A stretch of DNA of 45,000 nt, counting the filler, from Sphacelaria rigidula (taxonomy: Eukaryota), in the NCBI GenBank assembly GCA_964200075.2. It is 2 parts of 2 records of this genome, joined end to end, with 100 filler letters (N's around TTAATTAATTAA, not from the genome) between each part and the next. Parts side by side here need not be neighbours in the genome. Positions count along the whole stretch, not along the records: positions 22,552 to 45,000 come from CAXNAA020000334.1; 1 more part is not named here. One strand, 5' to 3'. A model generated the notes under the pieces. That model was not told the origin of the DNA and made no database searches. It was given only the letters and a program-made list of their open reading frames with translations. The position numbers and the translations under genes were made by a program. Below are positions 24,780 through 37,545 of this stretch, one piece after another (position 1 is the stretch's first letter; each line of letters opens with the position of its first letter).

Positions 24780-26190
24780 AAGTGCAATTGATGCCACTGT
24801 GACGTCAGCAGAAGTGTGTAACATGATGTCAGGTGTAACTTGACCATTGAGCCTGTGACACGTACACTCTGGGAGAAAAACGACAATGACAACGAAGTGG
24901 AGCCAATGAAGAGGCATACCATGCTCGATAGGATTCATTATGTGTGGCGGCACTCGTACTGGGGAGAGCAGTAGACGTTTTGGATGCAGTCGTTGCAGAT
25001 TCACACCGGGCACGTTTCAATTTTTTTATATACTGAGGAAGTGATTAAGGCCAGAGTCCTCCTACTAGACTTGTTCGAAACAGGCGGGGATTCAATCGCT
25101 GAAAGTATTTCACAACCTGACATAACATCCGTTGATGAGCAAGTGGGGACATCACTAGCTTCATCTACGGTAGACGACGGAATTCATTAAGATACACCGT
25201 GAGACACACAACTGGGTTCTACCGACGTGATGAGATTTTCCTTTCTCTTCACGCCCATGCTAGACTACGGACAATCAGCACAGACATCTATCGTCGAACC
25301 ATGCACTGCACGAAGGAAAACAGCTGATGGGGATAAAGGTGGGATAGGTGACAAAGGTAGTTTCTACAAAATGGGGTGTGACTTCAACCACGTGGCAGAA
25401 AAAACAGAACAATCGGTTGCGGTATCTACAGTAATAATCGTTGACGGGGATTCATCGACGGATCCCGAGATGCGGACGCATCTCGAGGACAACGTAAGTG
25501 GCAAAACGTCCATGCTGTGCACTCAAGGATTGCCAGGCCTGACAGATTCGGCCTTCGAGCCAAGCTTGCTACGGTAGCTACTGAACACTTCGGGAAGATC
25601 AACGTGACTTCCAGTGTCGGGATGCTCGGATAATGTTCAAGGTCGGCCGGCGTGATTGACACACTCTTTTTGTGGTGTCGGACATAACTGAGGACAGCCG
25701 GTCAGCCAAAGCATCTACGGTACCACAAATCATCATGTACACTAGGTAATGTGACCGCCAACTCGGGAGACACATTTCCTCACGTATACCGGAACCCTTG
25801 GTATCTCTCCGACGCTTACACGATACCACATCTTGGCGATTGGGCTGCGGCGGAAGCCTGGTGTGGTGGAGAGTGGCGACGGAGACGGGGCGGTAGGAAG
25901 AGCTGCGGGAGATATGGTCTCGTCGTGGTTGTAGACATGTGGAAGACTTGTGGACTACCCTGGTACTCACGCTTCTGCCTTTTATTATATAGCTCCAGTC
26001 GACCAGCTTGACGTGGACGGGGTACGTATGACGGTGCACTACACAAGTGGGAATTCTGCTCGTGATCACCGGCAACAGAGCGTTTGACTGAGACGAAGAC
26101 GCGCGCTGCGCAGTGAAGGTCGGCGGTTTGCAAGGTTGTGGTGCTAGAGTGTAACCTCGAGAGTTGAACAAACTTGCTATTGGCATATTT
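24780..26190 (-). pseudogene. Possible highly decayed LTR-retrotransposon gag/pol remnant
   Basis: Only a broken CCHC-like zinc knuckle is visible (CFFCHVV..HTPFC across a frameshift, ~25360-25410), among fragmented ORFs. Weak support. Confidence 0.3.
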
Positions 26191-26917
26191 ACCGCCTAGA
26201 AAAGCAGCGGTAGTCGGTAGGTAGGGGCTGCGGGAGAGCCAAGGGCCACCTGGTGCAAAGCAGTTGTGTAAACTTCAGCGTTTAGGGGGGAAAACACGAC
26301 TGAAAACTTGAAACTTGTTTGATACTTTACAGCATACACCACTGAACGCAGCAGCGCCCAATAAATAAGCAGCGCCAGTTAGGGGCGAAGCTGGCGAGAA
26401 CCTACGTGGTGTTGTTCTTCCACACGGCTGTCACCAATCCATATCCGAATATTTGCAGTCAACCTATCTACAAGTCCAAGCCGTCGTACACCCATACCGG
26501 AGTCAAGGCAGTGTTGGCGTAGCCAAGTGCAGGGCTGCGCTTTTCCTGTGCTCTTCCGGGTCACGGCCATATAACGCATGCACATCTGGCGCTCTTGGAC
26601 GCCATACACGTTGGTAGGGGCCCTTATCAACAACGACACAACCATAAAAAAAAACAATGACATGACACGAATTAGATCAGCACACACCGCTTCCAATCCC
26701 AACGGGCATTCCGGGTATCTTTTCGTTCTTGCGCAACAAGAGCAACTTCTCTTGGCAGCTGAGGTGTTGGCTTCAACGAACAAATACTGCTGCAGCAGCC
26801 CTTTCACAAGCCATGTCGGGTCGCAAACCAGGAACGTCTCGCCAATGAATATTCATGAACATCTCGCGCAGCAATTTTCCCATGCCACACGCTCCAGAGC
26901 AAAGGTTTGCTCCCAAG

Positions 26918-28774
26918 TCACTTTTGCGAATACCTGACATGAGGAAGGGGAAAAGGATAACAGTGGCCAGGAGTCAAAGCCCGCGTAAGCGGATACCACA
27001 CACGAGGGTGGCATACCCTAAGATACACCAATTTCGCCAGTCTGGAATCTGCAGTTTGAACTAGAGCCGGGGCATCAGAGAGACTGGACCACTTTGTCCG
27101 GAAAGTTCGTACTTGCTCTATTGCGCAGCCCAACGTCCAGACAGCCATTCCCGAAAAGAATAAACATGCATGCCACACGAGCAAATGTCCTACCTGCGCA
27201 CCAAACATTGTCGGTCTGTGTACAGCAACCAATCGTCCGTTACTTCCAGCACCAACCAAATATCGCACGACAGCGGACGCTTTGTCACTCACACAACGTT
27301 CATCTGCGGAAACAACAAATCCCTTTCCTCACCTGGCTAAGCGTGTTGTGAACAACCGATCGTTCCTCGGCCGAAACACGTGAACAGCTACACCAGTACG
27401 AGGTCTCAGCTTTCCGTCGGCAGCATGTGCGTTGAGCGGCGGCCACGCCCAAGACCGGGCACGGCACGCAGGTCCCCGCTGGAGCAATCGACGAATGGCA
27501 TCGCTGAGCTTGTCTGGATTCTTCGTCTTTGGGGGAGCGTACATTCCGGCAACATCGCTCGCCCTGATTCCTGTGCTGTTGACGAAATGTTCGTCCCCGC
27601 CAGCCGCGAGGCAAACTTGCACCGCGGCGAGCGACCCATGCATGGCAGCGTGGTGAAGAATCGGGACATTGCCCGCGACTTCTCGGGCCCAGCGCTTCTT
27701 CCTCGCCTCTCCCTCCACACCCAGCAGCAAGTCGAGGGTTCTCGCCTGCCGCTTCTTGGATGCGCGGCACATAGCTCCCAAGAGGGCCATCGTTCCGCCG
27801 ATCACGCCCATGCCAGCGTCAATGATCATGCGCACAACGTTCTCGTGATCTTTCTCCATTGCCGTCCAAAGAGAAGACATGCCCCCGTGCACCTGAACAT
27901 CCATGTCTTTAGCCCCCGCGGCCAGCAAGGACGCGACGGTCGCCTCGTTGCCCTCTTCCGCAGCATAACACAAAGGCGTGTAGCCGAAGTTGTTGCGCTG
28001 GAAAAAAGGAGTTCATAGAGTCAGCACGGAGTGGGTGTACTCATGATCATGCATGCCATAGTCATCAGGGTGGAAGGGACAAAGGCAGTGAATGGAATCA
28101 GTGAAGCAGTACGGAGGGACGGCGATGAGCTAAGACTGTCATGTGTCGACGACCAGCGAGGAACCTGTCAGACGCGCTGCGGTGATTCAACGCGCCCGTC
28201 TACACGAAGCTGCGGTGCCCCCTGCTACACCCCGAGGCGAGCCCACCTGGTTCACTGTGGGAGGAGCGGCCTCGACAAGAAGCCTCATCACCTCGTCGTG
28301 GGCGCCGTTCAAGGCATGCACGTGAAGCGCGATCGTACCATCCTTGTTCGCAAAAGCGGGGTTGGCGCCCCACTTCAACAGCTCTGCGGTTATTTCCGGC
28401 GAATGACATGCAAACATCAGAGGGGTCTTGCCTTCTGAGTTGATGGCGTCAGGCTTTGCGCCGGCTTTCAGAAGGCAGCGTACAGAGCCGATATGTTGCC
28501 CGATCACGGCGGCGTGCAGGGCGCGCGATCCAACAGAAATAACGGAGATTCCGTCGTCGTCGAGGGTTTGTTGCGGGACGGCGGCCTCCAGGTCGGCACC
28601 TCGCCCGATCAGCATTTCGAGCACGTCGATCCGGCCTAGTTCGGCAGCGATCACTAGGGGCCTTGTGGGGGGGTCATCGGATCCATCGACGCATGCTCCA
28701 GCCCTCAGCAGCTGGTCGATTCCTCGAAGGTTTCCGATTCCCACTTGCAGGCTAAGCTCATATTCGCGTGTCAT
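26918..28774 (-). CDS. Ankyrin-repeat protein, 402 aa. Exons: 28247-28774, 27333-27997, 26918-26933
   Basis: Ankyrin motifs: PLVIAAELGRIDVLEMLIGRGADL, ALHAAVIGQHIGSVRCLLKAGAKPD, GKTPLMFAC...LLKWGANP, GYTPLCYAAEEG...LLAAGA. Introns are CAG|gtgggc...ttttttccag|CGC (phase 0) and AG|gtgagg...ccttttccccttcctcatgtcag|G (phase 2), giving a C-terminus ...RLARYSQK*. Total 1209 nt with an open frame. If the last intron is not spliced, the ORF stops at 27329. Confidence 0.85.
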
Positions 28775-31700
28775 CGTCTGAAACTTCGGGGGTTGGTCGG
28801 ACGCGCAGGAACGACCAATACCGCCGTGCCACGTCGAGGTAGACCCTCAGGACCCGCAGGACAGGTGGCGTCGAGAAGGCGCGCCTCCACCAGCTCCCTC
28901 GTGACACCAAGCGTTCGCGCCCCCCGCCCCCGTGCCGCCCCGCTCGGCACAAGACAACCGCCTGTGCTGTTCCGAAAGAAAAAAAAAACGCCATACACAG
29001 AACCGATTGGTGCAGGTTAAACAGACGTGGTCCGACCTCAATGCAAACAAAAGCGGAAGCTCGTGTGCAGTCTCGGTCCGGTCATCTGACTGGGTTGCAT
29101 CGATGACTACTCGAGGTCACCTCCGGGTGAACAAAGCAGTGACAGGAAGCACGATAAGCGAGGGTCATTCACAGCTGCCGCACGTGCGTGGCACTTCAGT
29201 TCCAAATTGCGCCTACGGGTCTCGGAGACAGAATAGATATCCTTCCGCTGAGCCAAAACGTGAAGTGTGGTGCCGATTGAGGGCTCTGCTCTCTCGCCTA
29301 GGGCTCTTGGAGATGACTAGACGTCCCTGCTGAGCCACAACTTGAAGCGTGGTGCCGAGTTGGGGGCTCTGCTCTCTCGGCAACGTGGAGGGTCGGCACA
29401 GTCTGTGTACGGTACCATCAGCGAAATCTTGGAGCAGGACTGCGGTGCTTCTGCAAGAAGCAAAATGCACCACACCACTGCAAGGCTACCACACCCTACT
29501 TTCGCATGAAGCCATACTCCTCTACCCCAATGACCGCACGCAAAGACCTCGCGGCCCCTCTGGGGTTTTTTTGTGTATCGTTAGATGGTGAGGTCTTACA
29601 CGTCTAGACAGCAACTAGACAGCATGGAGGAGCGGGCTGATTAAGTCTGGTTTAAGTTCAGGGTAGATGGTAGATTGTGCAAAAATGAAGGGGAATTGTC
29701 CATGTTCACCGTTTCGCAAGATGCTGGTTCAGTCGTGCGGTTTCTCAGCTCCCTCACCTTCTGCAACGGCCCCTCGGCTCCCTCACCTTCTGCTGTGCTG
29801 TCAAAAATGGCGAGGAGCGGAGGGCAGAGAGGGGCAGGACTATTGGGGCTCCGTGAATCGTGGCGTGGTTCGGTGACGTCGTCGGCGTGCGTTTTGGCTC
29901 CCGCACTCCCGGCACGACGGCAATGCACACCTCTGTTCTCCACCACTTGAGAGCCAGCAGCTTGTAGCAGTGTCCTAGCCTCCTCGCAAGAAGAGATATA
30001 TGCGACATGGAGAACATGGCGAAAGTCTACCGCTCATTGTATTTGCGAATATTGCCGAGAAGATCCACACATTGACATGCACAAAGTGTAACCACAAGTC
30101 AAATCAAGCATGTTCCAGCCGTAAACTTACCATCACTCTCAAAATGCTGCATCAGAGATTCCCAACAGATATTCATATTGAGCGACCTCGATGGGGATCA
30201 ATGATTAAGCTTGATTGCGGTTGCGGAGTGTCTTGCGTGGGAGGGCGACACGAAGCCATCTTGGGACTCTCTTTGTGGCTTCGAAACAGCAGTGGAACAT
30301 GGCACATGCACACAGAGGTGGACGGGACGTCGTTGGGAGGTCGTTTGTACCAGAGAAGACAAACGGAGTACCGGCAATCTCTGGGATCGTTATGTAGCTT
30401 CACCGTGGGACGCCGGAAAGCTCTTCGTTCGATTGCGCGCATTCCCGTATTTTCTTCGCACCCCCGTCTTTTCTTCGCATACGGGCTTGACCGGGTTGCA
30501 TATGATGGTGCACTCCTTTTTTTTTTCATTCGTGAGCCACAACAAAGAATTCGAATGCGGTATGGGCTACGTGCCCAGCAGTTGATATATTCGGTTCGCA
30601 AGTTTATGGCGTGAATTCGCGAGAGACGAAACAAAACCACAGCTACCAAGTGCGTGGCCAGCTCATCGCCCCGAAAAGCGGCACGCAGTACGTGAGGATC
30701 GCGGGCAAGGCTCACGGACCACTGGGTTCCAAAGTAATGTGAGAGCGTTCTAAAGATTGAAATGTCAGCAATATCACGGCCGTATGTGCTCGTGCAACAG
30801 CGCTCAGGAAATCCGTAGCGATGGCTGGGGCGAACCTCGCAGACATCAGCACCGAGGGACGTTCCGTCGTCTCGTTCTGCCTGCGTGTTCAGCTCTCCAT
30901 GTTCTTACATTGCAAAATAGCTTCCAAGTCCGACCCTTTGTTTCTATAGTGCCTCACGAGAGGGTCATGACGAATTCACGGAGTGTTCATGACCAACTCA
31001 TGAACGCTTATGGAAAAACACCCACCAATGCACATCTCATGCAAATCTCTCGCCCCTACCCATTCCTACGCAACGTTGACGTAACTTAGTGCAGAGCCTT
31101 CATTGCCCTCCGGTCTTTTGGGGTCACAGCCGTGCGCCCCATACCCGCCTGGAGCTCTTGCACCCCAGACACACGTGAACGACCCTCAAAATACATCGAC
31201 ACAGCAAACAATCCACGGGACGTTTGACTGAGATAAACACAGCACATGGGGCACCCGCTTCGAATGGATGGGAGACTGTAAAGTTCTCGCACGAGAAAGG
31301 TTCGTTCTCATGTACTTGAGGCGTTTGCTAAATCAAGCAAATACTGCAGCAGCCCCGCACCACCGTTGCTAGGTCTCAAGCAAGGCAGCCCCGCGAACAT
31401 GTCGCGCAAAATGACTTGCCACGCGCCCCCAGGGGAATGTCTTTCGTTTTCCGTCATTTCTGAGAACACCTGCCAGACCAGACAAGAGCGAGAAACAGCA
31501 GTAGTAAACAGTTGAACCCGAGCGAGCGGATCACATGAGGGTAGCCAAGCACGAAATTTCCAGAAGTTCGTCATTCTGTAGAATCAAGAGTTTGAACTAG
31601 GACCGGGAGATCCAGGAAACTGGAGCACTATATGTGTACTTCGAGGTAAGCGGATGTCTGGAAAGTTCGAACCTACCACATTTCGAACTTCAACGTCCCA

Positions 31701-31876
31701 GTAACCATTCCCCCCTCAAGTGGAAGGAGCAAACATGCAACGGTTGGGCGTCTTCAAACGATGTCCGCGTGGGGCTCAGCGACCAACCACAACCTCCAAC
31801 ACCAACGAAATGTCGCACAACGGTGGACGCTCCGTCGGCCACGTGTCGGCGCAAATACAAAACATCGATGTCTCAC

Positions 31877-33268
31877 CTGGCAAAGCGTGTCATTGAGAAC
31901 CTATCGTTATCGTTCCTTGGCCTAAACACGCGAAGACGAGCCTTCAGCTTTCTGTCGGTGGGTGGGGCCGTGGCCACAGAAGCAACGACCCCAGCAGAGT
32001 CCCTCTTAGAAGGCCACGCCCAAGATCGAGCACGGAACGCGGGTCCCCGCTGAGGCATTCGACCGATGGTTTGTCTCAGCTTCGCTGGATTCTGGGTGTT
32101 TGGCGGGGGGTTCGTTCCCATAAGTTTTGCTCGCACGTAATCCTGTGCCGTTGATCGAAGTTTCGTCTGCACCGGCCACGAGACAAATATGCACCGTGGC
32201 GAGTGATGCGTGCATGGTCGCATGATGGAGAATCGGGGTGTTTTCTGCAAGTTGTCGAGTCCAGTACTTCTTCCTCGTTTCTCCCTGCACACCAAGCAAC
32301 ATGTCGAGGATTCTAGCCTGTCGCTTCGCGGATGCGCGACACATTTCTCCCGGGATTACCGCTGGACCCCCGCGGACCACCACACCAGCGTCCACGAGCA
32401 TGCGCACAATGTTCTCATGACCATTTTCCACTGTCATCCACAGAGAAGAAGCCTGGACACGACCATAACATCTTGTCGCTAGTCCCTGCGGCCAGCAGGA
32501 ACGAGACTGGCGTTTCAATGCCGATTTTGGCAGCACGGCGCCCAGGGTGTATAGCCGAACTTGGTGACCTGGACAAACACCCGCCTAAGGCATCATTAGC
32601 GAAGGAGTGGGGAGGGGCGCTGATGAGTTAAGTATGCTTTGTGTCGACTAGCAAGGATCCATTCAAACGGCATAGTGATTCACCGCGTTCCAACAAAGTC
32701 GTAGACCCTGCTACATATGGTGGAGAGCATACCGTACCTGGTCCAGCGTCGAAGGAGCTGCCCCGAAAAGAAGTTTCATCGCTTCGTCGTGGGCGCGGCT
32801 TACAGCAAAAATGTGCAGCGCAGTCGTGCCTTGCTCGTTCGCCAAACAGGGATTGGTGCCCCTCTTTAGTAGCTCCGGGACTATCTCCGACGGATAGTAC
32901 ACCAACATCAAGGGGGTGTACCCGGCAGGCTTGATGACGTCCGCGTTCACGCCGACCTTCCGAAGGCAGCGTACAGAGCCGACTTGACCCGTCTGCGCCG
33001 CGGCGTGAAGGGCGCGCGATCCAAGAGGAAATTTGATGTTTCCATCGCCGTCGGGCATTTCCTTGAAAGCAGTGAACTCCAGGTCGGCACCTCTACAGAT
33101 GAGCATTTTGAGCACGCCGACCTGGCCTGTCTGGGAAGCAGTCACAACGGGCCTTGTGGGGAGGTCACGGGATCCGTCGATACAAGCTCCGGCTGTGAGC
33201 AGTTTTTCGACACCGCGCATGTCCCTACTCGCGATTTGCATTAACAGCTGATAGTCAATCATCGACAT
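31877..33268 (-). pseudogene. Frameshifted paralog of the 26918-28774 ankyrin gene (exon 1 32738-33268 open; exon 2 31877-32568 disrupted)
   Basis: Collinear protein similarity (LLTAGACIDGSRDLPTRP, GSRALHAA, RGPAFRARSWAWP) and identical intron positions. In the spliced frame, exon 2 reads VTKFGYTPWAPCCQNRH*. The homologous sequence continues in other frames (32006-32536 and 31873-32295 ORFs), which requires at least two frameshifts. Confidence 0.8.
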
Positions 33269-36200
33269 GATCGAACTTTGGGCTGGATCGGAAGAGACGG
33301 CACGAGGAACACCCCGTCGTCGAGGTAGACCCGTGGGACAGGTCGGCCAACGCGGGATGTGCCCAGGATCAAGCCCGGCTTTGGTAAACTTTCCCGTCTC
33401 AATGACCTCAAGCTCTTGATCCTCACCCCCGCTGCTGAGCCGCTTGTCAGGAGGCAAACGCCCGTCCTGTTCTGAAAGGTATAGCCCCCACCCCAATCTA
33501 GTTGTGTAGAACACGGGGGAGCGAGAAACATCGATCGGTGAGTCGCGCAGGGTACACTCCTTTTCGTATTGATTATGACATGGCAAGACCAACGAGCCAC
33601 AAAGAGTATTTAGTCCAAAGGTTCGCCAGCAAACCTGAGGGATCAAGACAGTTTTCGGCAAACACACGTCGCCTCACAACAGGAAACCACACTGAAAGAA
33701 AGCAGGGCACGCGGTGAGTGGGTCCGTCCGGGTCAAACATTCCTTCGCAAAATACGTTGCTGCCGCCTCCTGCTCTAATACCTTCATCATCGTATGTGAA
33801 CGTTGAAACTTGTATCGAACACAAGTCCAGTCTGAGGGCAAACGTCACGAGGTCTCCTACATTCCCGATGAGGTTCATAGAGAAAGGTACATTTCGGGAT
33901 TACAGGCACGCCAGGTGTGTTCGTTGCGAGCAAGACCAAGCACGTACAGCTACCTCAAGAACAAGAAGTGGAACCTCGGGGTGGACGTCATGGGTCGCAT
34001 CGATTACACACGCACACCTGAAGGTACGGTGCGGTGACCTCAGGCTACGATCTAAACGAGTCAAGAAACCCAGCAAAGACATGGCAAAGAAACAGCCTAC
34101 AGCATGAGGAAGGCTTATTCACCACGTGGATGTACATGAATACGTGCGCTGCGCGTCCGTTTTACCTCCAGGCACAGCTTAAGCGTGATGCCGAGGGTAT
34201 GGACTTTTTTCGTGGCACCGTCGGTCAGAGCGGTGGGTCGGTGAACGCCATCTCTTCATAAACCTAGATCACGTAGACTACATACTACAGCAGTGGGTCT
34301 ATGTGCTCACGCGCGCCGCTGTAGGCGCACAGCAATTCGAACAAAGCTGCTTTCCTGTTGATGTCTGTGTCACCGCACGCGAAAGAGCTTTTAAAGCCTT
34401 TGAACATCAGCTGAAGCGTGAGTTACGTATCAATTTATTCACAGAAGATATGCATTCTGAAACGTTCAGGAGTTGAGAAGACAGGATCTGGATCCAGCCA
34501 TTCAAAACTTCATCGCTGCTTCGCAAACTGCTTCTTCAACCTTTCGTTTTCCCAGTCCCCTCACCTTCTTCAACGCCCCCTCTACGCTGCGCTGTCAATT
34601 GGCGTGTTGCAGCTACAAAGCGCGCCAGCTGGAGTTGCCCCTGTGAAATGGTCGTCCCCCCGAGAATAGCTGCAGCTTGTTTGTGGTTCTATGACGTCAC
34701 GAGCCCACGCACATCCGACAGTCCCGCCGACGCTTCGCCGCACCCACATTCGCCCATTTGTTCACGTACACACCAGCTGTACCTTGGGGCCTACCAAGGC
34801 TCACCGAATGATTGCGGAGTGTGTGAGGTAGCGTCGCGCCTAAGGAAGAAATGGTAGGATCCCAACAAGATGGCATTGGCATCTGATTCGAGAATAGTCT
34901 AGAGACTAAAATCGAAATAATGCCTTGTTGGTGCTGCCTTACGTGAGTACTGCCTCCGTCCTCACCTCCGTGAGCCCACACACCCGCGCCCTCGCCAAAG
35001 TACCTGGAAGGTTCTGGGAGAAAGTTTTGCTCTGAAATTCTCCCCAGTTTGGCACCACCTCTCGCTGTGCCACAAGAGAGATCGCAGCCTCATTGCAAGC
35101 AAACGCGAGATGGCAATGTACAGAACTTTGCGTACATCGTCAGCGTGAGGCTGGGCTAGTGGTATGTGATGCAGGAACACATTTGCGCGCGTTAAAGCCC
35201 TCTTTGACGGTAGCTCTTAGGTTGAGATCCGAAAATATTGAGCCAGTCGCACACTTGAATCTGTGCGGAGAAGAGGTTCCGTATCAAGCAGAAAAGGTTC
35301 CGCAGCCATTAGATATGCAGCCAACAGTCGAGAGCAACGAACATTCCTCTACCGAATCTCCATTCTGCTGCTCTATTCTTCTGAAAGGCAGCTGCAAAAT
35401 AGCCTACAATGTCGAAACATACGCGTCAGGGCGTCCATCGACACCCGAAAACATAAAAATATACGTTTCGCCGTAAACTCCTCAAAGCCTCCCTGCACAT
35501 CGGCCCCGACTGACTGTGGTATAAACTATCAAGAGGGCGAAATAGCCAGTGCAGTACTGTTGGTGCCGCGACGACGCCGACCACGCCCGTCTTCGGGCTC
35601 CCTCGCGAGGGGTGAGTGTTCAGCGCAACCTGGCGTCCGTGTGAACAAAACCAACGATGGTAGACAGACAGTACAACAAGCAAGTTTTCTTTGGCTGATT
35701 CATCTCTTGGCCGTGGAAAAACTCAGAGAGGACTTGCTCAGATGTTCCAGCATCTGTTGAAAACGGTGCTCCAACAGTAGGCTTCAGCTTCGTATGCGCG
35801 CATAAGGTTTAGCTCAATTAGGTTTTTTGAGGCTTGAAAAAAGCCTTCTTTTCAAAGCTTAACGCGAGCTTAAAATTTCCGACAAGCTTTTAATGTCCTT
35901 GAAACGAGCATAAAGTTGCGATACATCTTTATGCGCCTCCTCCGGCCAATGTAGTAGCTGTCTGAACGTGCTCCCTATGACCCATGGTGTGAGTCGTCAC
36001 CGGTCACCAGACAGGCTTCAATACTGATCCGGAAATGTTTCGCTCTAAAATTCCTATACGTAATATTTTGTTGAATTGAAAAATATCAAGATTGTGTACA
36101 ATAGTTGCACATGAGGCCACTACAGCGTTTTGGAGGGATAATCAGTGAGAGCAGCAGCGAGAAGTGGCTGTTAGACTACAAGTGAGATCAAGTGAAGTCA

Positions 36201-37545
36201 CTATGGCAGAGCCGGAAGAGGTTGAGGTGACTGAGGTGCGGACTTCGAAGCCACTGCCGCGTGACGCTACAGAGGCCGCGGACCACGAGGCGCGAGCGGC
36301 AGCAAAAAAAAGAACGGACCATGTTCGAGCGTCACTTCAGACAAGCTGACCTGTCTCAGGCAACAGCCCGTGCGCGTGAGAGGGCGAAGCGAAAGGCGGC
36401 CGAGCAACGCCAGCGAGACATCGCGGAGGCGCGGGGAAACCCACAAGAACCGGCTGTCGACACGAGTATCGACAAAGAGCGCTACAGTAGCACCGATACT
36501 CATCAGCAACGATGGGAGGCCAGGGCTGCGCAAGCCGCCGCCGACGGTCGCAATTTGACACCGCGCGGGGCATAAACCGGTAAATCCACTGTTTAACGCC
36601 ATAAGAACTTGCTCGCCAATCGACCGCTTAAAGGAGTTCCCCGACGAGTGCTTGGTCGCGAATAACGGCCACCTCGATTGCCTGGCTTGCAAGAAGTCTA
36701 TCGCGAAAGTCAAATATCTCGTCAGACAGCAAGCACCGCAACAGCGCGAAACACAAAGTAGACGTGAAGGAACTCTCGGCACAAAATCAGCGCACAGCCA
36801 AGGTATGCACTACGCATTCGAGATCATAGATGTTAATACTGTCTGTACTGTACTTCATCCTACTAATCTAGCACTCCATGTACTATCTTACTCACTATAC
36901 TATATCGTTGCTACTGGTATTGTGTACTACAACTGTATGTGCAGTATGTGTGACTTGTGATATTAGTGTCAACTTTTCTCTGTATTGTGTATTATCCTAC
37001 CAAGCTTGATGCTTGACATACCAAGGTGGTCACAGTGTAAAAGTCTGTTGCCTGTTGCTGCCGTGTCGTTGTACTGTCTTTACTCTGCTGTGTTTCGTCT
37101 ACTACTCTATTACGCTGTTGACCGTTGACTGCTGCACTCCTGCGTCCTTCCTCCTGTTGCGTTTCGACAACGCTGTGGCATGTGGCATGGTGCGGTGGTG
37201 TGGTTCCTTGTTCCTGCATGTTTCATCGTTCATCGCTGTATTCCAGACGATGGACGCGTTCAAGACTACCTCTGAGGCCATCGGTAGACCGTACGTATCG
37301 ACACTTCAGCAAAAGGACATCATGTCGCAGGTCTTGCTCACAAAGGCATGCATGGCCAGTGGCGTCTCTCTTCACGTCATGAACTCAGCAGAATGGAAAC
37401 ATTTCTTTGATCCAAACAACATGGCGATCCCCCAATAAAGCAGTCTTGGGAAGCACATCACATTTATCCACCGTGAAGAGGTTAGATTAAATAGTAGAAG
37501 GCTAGAGAGTACTGAACGAATTGGCGTGAGCGTGCACCTTGTTAA

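Noticed and set aside
29000..31800. Multiple 60-200 aa ORFs between the ankyrin genes (similar ones at 33700-35770)
   Set aside because: No recognisable domains or consistent exon chain. Such ORFs are expected by chance at this GC content.
33269..33667. N-terminal extension of the 318-aa ORF 32711-33667
   Set aside because: It starts at a non-ATG codon, and protein similarity to the intact paralog begins only near Met 33268/33262. It is probably an open 5' flank.
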